32,000 nucleotides of DNA from Cuniculiplasma divulgatum (GTDB lineage: Archaea; Thermoplasmatota; Thermoplasmata; Thermoplasmatales; Thermoplasmataceae): assembly GCF_900083515.1 (NCBI RefSeq), contig NZ_LT671858.1:1560001-1592000 (forward strand), read 5' to 3'. Positions 8,970 to 17,135 of the stretch are shown piece after piece. Within the stretch, counting starts at the first letter, position 1, and each line of letters starts with the position of its first letter. Under the pieces are notes generated by a model, which saw only the letters and a list, made by a program, of their open reading frames with translations, was not told where the DNA came from and made no database searches. A program made the position numbers and the translations under genes.

Positions 8970-11328
8970 TGACCTCAACTTTCCTTAAAACCATACTCTT
9001 TAACTCCTTAAAATCTTTTTCCCTTAATGGAAATAGTAGAGAAGCCACATACCTTTTATCCATAGGCTTATCATTATCTATCTTTATAGGAAATACGTTT
9101 TGTTTCAACATCTGAATATTCACCAATCTAAATGTTTCTCTAGATTTGCCGGATAAGAGCAGATTTATCAGATTCCTGTCTGGATTAAAACTAACCTTTG
9201 AGTTTTGAGAAAATTGCTCCGGAGAAAGATATAGCCTTACCAATGCCCAGAGCCTATCTATTGGATAATCAAAGGATGAGTTTATTGAAATATAGTCATT
9301 CATTTCCATTATGTTTTGTGATGACTTGTTATCGTCCCATCTAATTAATGAAAATGCAAACAATAGTTCTTCAATGCATCTTTCATCTATTTCGCCATTT
9401 ATAAATTTCATCACATCATTAAGACTTAATTTGATCCTAGAAAAGAAGGGGAAAGTAGAATTTTTGTTTGATTGAGCCTCGGTCAATCTCTTTATTAGTG
9501 TATTTATCAATTTTTCTGTAAGGTTAGCTCCAGTCCACGAAAACTGACCTATATTATCATCCCATTTTCTGTCATCCTGAAGACTTGTCCCTTCAATATT
9601 TGACCGAAATGAACCAACCTTTTCTGTTCTCCCTATTGAAGAAAGGGAAAGAGCTATCCTAAACTCGCTACTCTTATCATCGGATTTATTTATCCAGTTT
9701 GTACTCAGTCCAAACAATGGCCTGAGTTTCTGCCCTCCCTTATTTTCATATTTACCCCTAACTCTGGAAAAAGACATTTCTGCCCTTCCAATGGCCCTTA
9801 GCAATCGTACAGCAGTTAGAGGATTCCCGTTATTTAGAAGATCATATGTGGATTCATACATATTTCTTTTTATGGATTCATATATTTGAGGCAGGGTTTT
9901 TCCCGTCCCCTGAATTACTTTCAGATTTTGTTCAAATGTCCGATATACTAAGTCCAGATCTTCAATTAAATTTACATATTTGCTATATTTAACTCTATGC
10001 AGGCCAGATGGCAACGCTATATATGACTGACCCCTTCTTACAAGAAAACAATATCTCAGGAATCCAGTTATGCCCCTATCCACTCCTAGGGAATTTATGG
10101 CTTGAAAGAAGTCCAGTCCCTTTTTCACAACTTTTCCCCTCAAGGCTACCCTTCCTTCCTTGAATAGCGACTTTAGTTCGTCCGCGTATGCATAGTTATT
10201 CCATATTGGTGCCCATATTTCCAACGATTTCTTGAAATCCGAAACGTTTGAAGACTCATATCCGTAAGGAGAGTATGAGACAGTGAATGGTGTAACGATT
10301 TTTGTTTCTCTAATGGCATTCCTTCTTCCTATGGAATTGCTCCAGATAAGAATTCCTTCCATCATAAGAATAATGTCCCATGGATTTATTTTAACGATTT
10401 TTGTTTCTATTTCATTACCCTGATTGAAACCTCCAGCTTTTCCTGGATCAAATTTACCAACGGCCGATTCCTGTAATTTATCGGTTAAGTCTCCAAATAG
10501 TGAATTTCTCAGTAATTCAGTACTTGAATTTGTCTTGTTTACAAACACCTTAGTTAGAGAAGCTATAAACAGACTTGAGTAATCCAACCTACCTTCATTT
10601 CCACCGCTACCAGACAACGGAGGGAAAACAGGTTTCCCTTCTGCGTTGACGAGTATGGATGCATCGATCCACTCTAGATACCTTTCATTTATAGTATCCC
10701 TTAATTTTGTCACAATTTTACTTTTGTATTCATCCCTCATAATTTGATAAAAATCATTATTCAATTTTCCAATCTCTTTAATTTCTGACTTTAACTTAGA
10801 ATTTCCAACCGCACTTAAAGTTTCTATGCTCTCTTTATCTATTTTGTCTGAATTCTCTAATTCTGTAATTATTTTCCCCTTAAGTTTCTTTATCTTTTCT
10901 ATTTCCTTGTTTTTCCCTTTCTCAGTGAACTTTTCAATTAAGTCCTCTAGAGTTAGGGGTGAACCAAAAATCTCTGGAAATGATTTTCCAAGTGTTTCTT
11001 TAATCAACTTGTAGGTAGAAATGAAGTCACAAAATCTTTTATCTCCGAGATTTAAAATTTTATTTATGTTTTCTTTTGCTTCAGAGTCATTAGGATAAAA
11101 GCCACTTCCACCGTTCCAAGGAGACATTATTGGGGACGGGCTATATTCTTCTGAAAAAAATCTAATTAATTCATCTTGCTCACACTTAGTTTTTATTACT
11201 AAGTGATTATTCTCCCACTTGCACATTACTTCTTCATCTTTCTGCTCAGAAAGTATTTTGAATATGCCCAAAGCTTTTAAGTAGGAACTGAGGGGCTCTG
11301 TCTGACAGCCATATAATTTATGTTCCAT
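8959..11328 (-). CDS. csx17: Csx17 / Cas8g (Cas8u2) large subunit, 789 aa
   Basis: N-terminus LSSYLKALGIFKILSEQ ... SPWNGGSGF resembles the Csx17 family signature as I remember it. Size and position (between cas3 and cas7) fit. The start ATG shares one base with the cas3 TAA stop (TAATG). Confidence 0.8.
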   Translation of the reverse strand: MEHKLYGCQTEPLSSYLKALGIFKILSEQKDEEVMCKWENNHLVIKTKCEQDELIRFFSEEYSPSPIMSPWNGGSGFYPNDSEAKENINKILNLGDKRFCDFISTYKLIKETLGKSFPEIFGSPLTLEDLIEKFTEKGKNKEIEKIKKLKGKIITELENSDKIDKESIETLSAVGNSKLKSEIKEIGKLNNDFYQIMRDEYKSKIVTKLRDTINERYLEWIDASILVNAEGKPVFPPLSGSGGNEGRLDYSSLFIASLTKVFVNKTNSSTELLRNSLFGDLTDKLQESAVGKFDPGKAGGFNQGNEIETKIVKINPWDIILMMEGILIWSNSIGRRNAIRETKIVTPFTVSYSPYGYESSNVSDFKKSLEIWAPIWNNYAYADELKSLFKEGRVALRGKVVKKGLDFFQAINSLGVDRGITGFLRYCFLVRRGQSYIALPSGLHRVKYSKYVNLIEDLDLVYRTFEQNLKVIQGTGKTLPQIYESIKRNMYESTYDLLNNGNPLTAVRLLRAIGRAEMSFSRVRGKYENKGGQKLRPLFGLSTNWINKSDDKSSEFRIALSLSSIGRTEKVGSFRSNIEGTSLQDDRKWDDNIGQFSWTGANLTEKLINTLIKRLTEAQSNKNSTFPFFSRIKLSLNDVMKFINGEIDERCIEELLFAFSLIRWDDNKSSQNIMEMNDYISINSSFDYPIDRLWALVRLYLSPEQFSQNSKVSFNPDRNLINLLLSGKSRETFRLVNIQMLKQNVFPIKIDNDKPMDKRYVASLLFPLREKDFKELKSMVLRKVEVNDK

Positions 11329-13817
11329 TATAAACCACCACTTGCCCTTTGATCTGCAGCCCTCAATAGAGATTCCAAATAAGCTAACCTAAAAATGCCT
11401 ATTTCTTTATCTTTAACCATATTTAAAACGGTCTGTACCCAGCTTTTTTTCATAGATTCTGAGCCCAGTTCCATTAAATCCAGATCTAGAATGACATTAT
11501 TAATTGTAACGTTAGGGAGATTTACTTTTTTTATTTTATCTCCATCCCATACACCCTTTGCAAATCTTATTTTCTCATCTGTAGGTATTTTTTCTCCTGG
11601 CATAGACCTGATAGATGTCCTAATTTTTCCGTGATGAGATAGTGCAAGAAAAATTGCAATAGGGTCGACTCCATTTTGAATCGCTATTAGAGCTGAGGCT
11701 AGCTCATGACGGAAGTACTTTCTTCCACCTTCTGGATGGTTTATCCATTTATCATAGGGAGCTTTTGCTATCTGGTTTTCTTCGATCTCTTTTGGAACCC
11801 CTTCAAGTTTATTAATTTTTGATTGAAATGCTGGATGTGCCTTGCCTACATCATGCCATAGGGCTCCCTTTAGAAGAGCATCCTCAAATTTTTTCGAATT
11901 TTGAGGAATACCTATAACCTTTACTATATCACGACATTTGTTGACTACTTCTTCCGTATGCTCGTAAATTGACTTCCATGGAAATTGTGACGGATTATCG
12001 TCATTAAAACTACATGTTTCTCTTGTGTTTCCTGAACTTTGATTTTTTGCAACAATAGGAACCTCGTTTTTATCTTTTAGAGACCAGCCCATCACCTCAG
12101 AATAATGCCCCTTTTTTGAGTCTAGCATCACTATCTGGCCATGATATAGCCTTTCTCCCTTCATGAGCATGTTCCATCCTCCATTTATCCAGTCCCATTT
12201 ATACAATCTTTCATCCTTAGAATTTTTCAATAGTTCATTTAACTCGTTTAGTGGAACAGGGCAAAGTTCATCCCTTTCCGGTAAATTCTCCTTTTTTAAA
12301 TTTTCCCGATCTAAATCACGCCAGAAAACTGAAACATGCCTTTCGTCAGAATTTCTTACAAATCTTGAGATATCTATATCATAATCGGTTAGATCGGGTG
12401 ATGTGTCAAATAGTTCTAAAATATCTTTTCTTCTAAGGGATCCATCATTTCTGATTTCAAAGTCAAAACCGTTAATACCTGATAATGAGAACTGTTTTCC
12501 ATCGATCTCCTTAAGGAATTTTCTGGACTTCTCAATTTCTATTGTTTCATATGGGGCTGACATAGTTCTACCTTTCTTATCAACAGGATCAACCCAGAAA
12601 ATATCTGACTGATCATATTCTCCAGATCGGTTACATCTTCCAAATCTCTGTACAAGTGATTGCAAGGGTGCAATTTCTGTGAACAAAGTTCTGCATGAAA
12701 TATCAACCCCTGCTTCAATTACCTGAGTTGTTATTATTATACTGTCGTTGCTTTCGATATCATTTACTATTTTTTGAATAATTTTTTCTTTATCCACTGG
12801 CCTAAATTGTGAGTGCAAAAGCAAAATATCAGGTACCCTTATGTGTTCTGTATTTCTTCGTTTGGATAATAATTTCTGAATGTTTTGGAATAAAGTTTTG
12901 GCTCTTTCCACGGTATTTACTATTACAATGGTTCTAGAGTCTGTCTTGTGATTTTCAATTATTTCTATTGCAAGTTCATAACTTTCTAATGCATTATTCT
13001 TTGAAGCCGTCACCATTTTAGTTGAATTTATTATTTTATTTATTTTTATATTTTCTTTGTCATCCTTGGACAGTGTTAATATTTCTTCATCTGATATATT
13101 CCCTTTAAAGTCCACAGTGTAAAACCACTGCTTGTTTAAGGTAGCGCTCATCCATATTGAGTGGGCTTCCTTGATCATTCCAAAATAATTTCTATGAGAA
13201 TCTAGTTGAATGCTTGTAGTTAATCCTGAACCCATTAGTTGAATTTCGTCTAACACCCACAGAGTGTCATTATTCAATAATCCAAACTGGATTGGCCATC
13301 TATATCTGCTTATTCCATATCCCCTGTTCAGAGCTCTAGACAGCAGCATATCCTGTGTTCCTACTATTATCATATTACTTTCTGGAAAAATATCCCATGG
13401 AATGGTCTCTTCTCCTCCCATTAGTGTAACTACGGAAATTTTCCCCTTTTTCGTGAAATCCGGGGTGTATTTAATTATCTTTGAATGATTTATCTTGTCC
13501 AATTCTAATTCTCCGGAAAGAAGACCTAAATTATTTAACCATAATATTGCACTGTCTCTTGTTTGCTCTACTATAACCCTCATCGGAAGAGCGTAAACTA
13601 ACCTCCTCGGAGTAGCATTTCTTGAGTTCTCTTCCTGATAAAACCTCCTCCAAACCCATCCTATTACTATGTTGGCAGTCTTTCCAAGACCTGTTGGAAC
13701 ATTGATCCACTGATATAAGTTTTTACTTTTAGCAAAATTGGACTGATATGGATATGGTTGATTCCCAGTGGCTCTCTGAAAAAAACTTTCATACTCTTCG
13801 TTTAAATTATAATCCAT
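11328..13817 (-). CDS. cas3: Cas3 helicase-nuclease with N-terminal SF2 helicase and C-terminal HD domain (about 829 aa from MDYNLNEE)
   Basis: Helicase motifs: PTGLGKT (Walker A), VLDEIQLMG (DExQ), WMSATL, QRFGRCNR. C-terminal HD nuclease: HTEEV, LWHDVGK, FRHELAS, LSHHGK. The ORF track extends to 13886 (MCWIFVIV...), but that extension is hydrophobic junk. A TATA-like AAATATA on the minus strand (about 13842-13848) lies about 24 nt before the ATG at 13817, suggesting a near-leaderless transcript. Confidence 0.92.
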   Translation of the reverse strand: MDYNLNEEYESFFQRATGNQPYPYQSNFAKSKNLYQWINVPTGLGKTANIVIGWVWRRFYQEENSRNATPRRLVYALPMRVIVEQTRDSAILWLNNLGLLSGELELDKINHSKIIKYTPDFTKKGKISVVTLMGGEETIPWDIFPESNMIIVGTQDMLLSRALNRGYGISRYRWPIQFGLLNNDTLWVLDEIQLMGSGLTTSIQLDSHRNYFGMIKEAHSIWMSATLNKQWFYTVDFKGNISDEEILTLSKDDKENIKINKIINSTKMVTASKNNALESYELAIEIIENHKTDSRTIVIVNTVERAKTLFQNIQKLLSKRRNTEHIRVPDILLLHSQFRPVDKEKIIQKIVNDIESNDSIIITTQVIEAGVDISCRTLFTEIAPLQSLVQRFGRCNRSGEYDQSDIFWVDPVDKKGRTMSAPYETIEIEKSRKFLKEIDGKQFSLSGINGFDFEIRNDGSLRRKDILELFDTSPDLTDYDIDISRFVRNSDERHVSVFWRDLDRENLKKENLPERDELCPVPLNELNELLKNSKDERLYKWDWINGGWNMLMKGERLYHGQIVMLDSKKGHYSEVMGWSLKDKNEVPIVAKNQSSGNTRETCSFNDDNPSQFPWKSIYEHTEEVVNKCRDIVKVIGIPQNSKKFEDALLKGALWHDVGKAHPAFQSKINKLEGVPKEIEENQIAKAPYDKWINHPEGGRKYFRHELASALIAIQNGVDPIAIFLALSHHGKIRTSIRSMPGEKIPTDEKIRFAKGVWDGDKIKKVNLPNVTINNVILDLDLMELGSESMKKSWVQTVLNMVKDKEIGIFRLAYLESLLRAADQRASGGL

Positions 13818-13978
13818 GATAAGGACTGATAAACTGAACTGTATATTTAGTTTTTTACAGACAACAATTACAAATATCCAACACATAGAGCTTTGATTTT
13901 ATTAAAACAATTACTTCAAATAGGATGTGTAGGATGAAACATTAAATACGGACAAACGCATTATTATAGGGTATCCCC
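13818..13978. promoter_or_regulatory. Divergent promoter region between cas3 (minus) and trmB-like (plus)
   Basis: 161-bp AT-rich non-coding gap. TATA-like elements occur on both strands: minus AAATATA at about 13842-13848; plus TTTTATTAAAA at 13897-13907 and ATTAAATA at 13941-13948. An operator-like TACTTCAAATAG lies at 13912-13923. Confidence 0.6.
13912..13923 (+). promoter_or_regulatory. Candidate TrmB-type operator (TACTTCAAATAG), an 11/12 match to the core of the 15-mer found in the ABC-transporter promoters
   Basis: Read directly. It follows the TATA-like TTTTATTAAAA by 4 nt. It has the same orientation relative to trmB as the 15-mer has relative to the ABC genes. Confidence 0.45.
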
Positions 13979-14983
13979 ATGGGCTCAGAACTTTTTGACA
14001 TACTGAAGGATTTTGGTCTTACTGATTACGAGTCAAGGGTGATGGAATCTTTACTTCTCAACGATTCACTCACACCTGGAGAAATAGTCTCCATATCTGG
14101 AATACCTCAACCGAGGGTTTACGATGTTCTTGGCAAATTAAAGGAAAAGGGTATGGTTGACGAAAGCCCAGGGAAGAAAAAGATGTACAGGGCAAGGGAC
14201 ATTGAGGCATCTCTGGGCATGAGGGTGAAGGAACTTAACACAGGCATAGGCAGAATAAAGAAAATAGTGCAAAAAACTAGAACAGTGAATTCCAGTTCTA
14301 AGCCATACCTGTGGCTCATGGAGACGGAAAAGGTAATCATAAATGAGATGAGAAAGAGAATTGACAGCGCAAGGGATGAGATCATAATATCCTGCAGCAA
14401 GACCAGGCTGATCAGAATGAGAGAGAACCTTATAAATGCCATTTCAAGGGGAGTTACCGTTGCAATTGTTATATTTCCAGAACTTGACAAAAAGCTGCTC
14501 GATGATTTCAGGGGTGCCATAATCAAGGTAAGAAATGGTATGACTTCAGAGGTGCTCATAACAGACAGGTCAATGGCCATAATCAGCGTCGGCAAGACAA
14601 TGGAAATGAAGGATTATGCACTGCTGAATGAAGAAGATGAGATAATTCACATAACAGGATACTTCTTTTATCACACAATTTGGGAACCATCAAGTATCTA
14701 TTCAGCACCTGAGACCCTTTCAAAGCACACTTTCAGAACCACCTGGCTTCTTTGTGATGCACTGAATATGACTTACAGGGTATCAGATGGAATAAGGTGT
14801 CGGCTGAGTGGGTGGAGAAATGGAAAGGAGATAACCGTAAATGGCATCATTAACAGAGTAGAGATAGTAAATGGACTTAAACATTCTATTTACATACAAA
14901 CTGGAAAGAAGACATACTCCGTTGGCGGAAAGACTGCAAGGGAAGAGGACATTGCCATGAAGGAGATAGAGATACTGAGCTGA
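13979..14983 (+). CDS. trmB: TrmB-family sugar-responsive transcriptional regulator (334 aa)
   Basis: N-terminal winged-helix LTDYESRVMESLLLNDSLTPGEIVSISGIPQPRVYDVLGKLKEKGMV is typical of TrmB. A long C-terminal domain has a size consistent with a TrmB sugar-binding domain. The gene sits next to glycoside hydrolase and sugar ABC genes. The gene symbol is family-level only. Confidence 0.8.
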   Translation: MGSELFDILKDFGLTDYESRVMESLLLNDSLTPGEIVSISGIPQPRVYDVLGKLKEKGMVDESPGKKKMYRARDIEASLGMRVKELNTGIGRIKKIVQKTRTVNSSSKPYLWLMETEKVIINEMRKRIDSARDEIIISCSKTRLIRMRENLINAISRGVTVAIVIFPELDKKLLDDFRGAIIKVRNGMTSEVLITDRSMAIISVGKTMEMKDYALLNEEDEIIHITGYFFYHTIWEPSSIYSAPETLSKHTFRTTWLLCDALNMTYRVSDGIRCRLSGWRNGKEITVNGIINRVEIVNGLKHSIYIQTGKKTYSVGGKTAREEDIAMKEIEILS

Positions 14984-14994
14984 TCAATTGTAAA

Positions 14995-15001
14995 TTTTTT
15001 T
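14995..15001 (+). terminator. Oligo-T tract (T7) 12 nt after the trmB stop; candidate archaeal-type terminator
   Basis: Read directly: TGATCAATTGTAAATTTTTTTGG. Intrinsic termination at oligo-T runs is established for archaeal RNA polymerases. Confidence 0.4.
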
Positions 15002-15230
15002 GGCTCCCACATAGATTTATCATCCATAAATGAACACTAACACGATCATGATTTTTTGAATTTTGTTTATCCTGCGAAAATAATACTACTTTGAGTTGTC
15101 TGTTTTACTTAATATAAATTATTATTATATTATATATAATAGCATTATAAGTAAGCATTTTCACGCACTTTGCAATGATTTAGATTAAATTTTTAAAAAG
15201 AATTATATCCCCAATATGACTTAGCCTTTA

Positions 15231-17135
15231 ATGGATATAAAAAGCTGGTCAAACAGCGCTTATTTCAGGTATAATATAAATAATAATGAACCACTTGTTT
15301 CCTTCAATGATGATTCTGAAAAACCGGTGGAACAGAATCTGAAGGATTTTGGTATCGAGATCAGGGAGAATCCAGATGAACTTCTTCTCCTGATTCCACT
15401 TCCGCTCAATGCCCACATACTTGGACTTGGAGAAAGGGCAATTGGCATGGACAGGAAGAGGAAGAAACTCATATCGAAGAACAGGGATCCAGGAGGATAC
15501 GGCAGAAATAATGATCCATTATACATTTCAATACCATTCTACTTTCAGGTTGTTGATGGAAAGCCCATGGGTGTATTCGTAAACTATCCAGGAGAGATCA
15601 TATTTGATTTCGGAGTGGAGGTATACAACAAAACAAAGATCACAGTTAAGTCCAATTCTGTTGAATTCTTCATATTTACGGGCGGCACACCGGAAGAAAT
15701 ATTAAAATCCTATTCCAGCCTGACTGGGAAAACATTTCTTCCACCAAAATGGAGCATTGGGCATGCAATCTCCAGATATACCTACTATCCCTCAGATGTT
15801 GCAGTTGATGTAGTTAAGAGATACAGAGATTTTCTACCCGTTGAATCCATATATCTGGATATTCACTACATGGAGGACTACAAGCTATTCACATGGAATA
15901 ATGAACGATTTGGAGATGGTTCAGATTTTATAAAGAGGATTCATGAAATGGGTGTGAAGGTTATTCCCATTGTTGATCCATCAATCAAGGCAGAGCAGAA
16001 TTATGATATTTTCAGGAGAGGCTTAGGATCATACGTGGAGGATAGCAACAGGGACATATACACAGATAAGATGTGGCCAGGAAAATCTGTATTTCCAGAT
16101 TTCATAAACAGGAATGGCCAGAATTTCTGGAAGGGTGAAGTCAGATCTTGGATGAAGCAGGGTGTGGATGGCATCTGGCTTGATATGAATGAACCCACAA
16201 TTCTCACAGAGGATCACATGTTCGATCCGGAATCACTCCACAGGATGGATGATGGGAAAATGATTCAACATAGGAAGGTAAGGAATGCATATCCATATTT
16301 TCAATCAAGGGCAACCTACGAGGCAATGGAAGAGTCAGGAAAAGACCCATTCATACTCAGCAGGTCAGGGTACTCCGGCATACAGAAATATGCAGCCATC
16401 TGGACAGGAGATAACATGTCCACATGGGATGATGTGAAATTGCAGATTTCCATAGTTACCAATCTCTCAATTTCGGGTGTTGCGGTTGTGGGCTGTGATC
16501 TTGGGGGTTTCTTCGGGAGCAGCTCACCAGAACTCATAGCTGCATACTACAGGATGGCCCTTCTCTTCCCACTGTACAGAAACCATAAATCAATGGATGG
16601 CAATGATCAGGAGGTGTTTCTTTTGTCAAACAGGTCAAAGACCGACATTGAGACCAGTGTGCATTTAAGATATGACTTTCTTGATCAGATTTACAGTGTA
16701 ATATATCTGTCACATAAGCTTGGTACTCCAACTGTTTCCCCGGTCTCATTCCAGAACTTCAGGGATAATGAAAGCTTCTTCATTGAGGATGAATACTATC
16801 TTGGTGATAACATCATTTATGCACCCCAGATATACGAAAATACCACAGAAAGAACTGTTTATCTGCCAGAAGGAAGATGGTACGACTTCGAGAAGGAGAT
16901 AATGCTGGACGGCAGCTGTTACTTCAGGACAGAAAATAATTACCCCATATATGTAAAGGATAACTCATGCTTCCTCTTCAGAGGTGAAGCTGTTGTAATT
17001 GGATCTGGCAAATTCACCCTGTTCTTCAACGACAGGAAATATGAGATCACAGCTGAATCAGGAAGTGTTAAGGTTTCACCAGAAGGGCTGAAGGCAAAGA
17101 TTATAAAAGGCAGGAAAAATACAGATCATGAGTGA
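15231..17135 (+). CDS. GH31 alpha-glucosidase (634 aa)
   Basis: GH31 catalytic-nucleophile region GIWLDMNEP and the downstream WTGDN motif. Overall size fits. Confidence 0.88.
   Translation: MDIKSWSNSAYFRYNINNNEPLVSFNDDSEKPVEQNLKDFGIEIRENPDELLLLIPLPLNAHILGLGERAIGMDRKRKKLISKNRDPGGYGRNNDPLYISIPFYFQVVDGKPMGVFVNYPGEIIFDFGVEVYNKTKITVKSNSVEFFIFTGGTPEEILKSYSSLTGKTFLPPKWSIGHAISRYTYYPSDVAVDVVKRYRDFLPVESIYLDIHYMEDYKLFTWNNERFGDGSDFIKRIHEMGVKVIPIVDPSIKAEQNYDIFRRGLGSYVEDSNRDIYTDKMWPGKSVFPDFINRNGQNFWKGEVRSWMKQGVDGIWLDMNEPTILTEDHMFDPESLHRMDDGKMIQHRKVRNAYPYFQSRATYEAMEESGKDPFILSRSGYSGIQKYAAIWTGDNMSTWDDVKLQISIVTNLSISGVAVVGCDLGGFFGSSSPELIAAYYRMALLFPLYRNHKSMDGNDQEVFLLSNRSKTDIETSVHLRYDFLDQIYSVIYLSHKLGTPTVSPVSFQNFRDNESFFIEDEYYLGDNIIYAPQIYENTTERTVYLPEGRWYDFEKEIMLDGSCYFRTENNYPIYVKDNSCFLFRGEAVVIGSGKFTLFFNDRKYEITAESGSVKVSPEGLKAKIIKGRKNTDHE

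Noticed and set aside
8962-9411. Internal translation start for a Cas11-like small subunit within the 3-prime part of cas8g, as reported for some other type I subtypes
   Set aside because: The in-frame Met codons at 9411 (MKFINGE..., 150 aa) and 9309 (MEMNDY..., 116 aa) have no Shine-Dalgarno-like sequence upstream. Genuine starts in this operon have clear GGAGG/GGTGA sites. This is not excluded, but the sequence does not support it.
5381-13488. Short plus-strand ORFs antisense to the cas genes (5381-5569, 6107-6367, 7671-7922, 7999-8253, 8037-8453, 8924-9115, 10826-11014, 11395-11634, 12163-12612, 13264-13488)
   Set aside because: All lie fully inside strongly supported minus-strand cas genes. 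They encode low-complexity F/S/I/L-rich peptides typical of the antisense frame of AT-rich genes and have no recognisable motifs or ribosome-binding sites.
13818-13886. 23-codon N-terminal extension of cas3 (MCWIFVIVVCKKLNIQFSLSVLI)
   Set aside because: The peptide is hydrophobic and non-conserved in appearance. A TATA-like element lies inside it at the right distance for a transcript starting near the ATG at 13817, and the Cas3 homology-like sequence starts after MDYN.
14119-14595. 158-aa minus-strand ORF antisense to trmB
   Set aside because: It lies entirely within the well-supported TrmB-family CDS and has no motifs. It is an antisense-frame artefact.
15113-15150. Almost pure A/T stretch with the palindrome ATTATATATAAT upstream of GH31, considered as a replication-origin unwinding element
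   Set aside because: There are no flanking origin-recognition-box-like repeats and no cdc6/orc gene nearby. It is more simply promoter or spacer DNA of an AT-rich genome.
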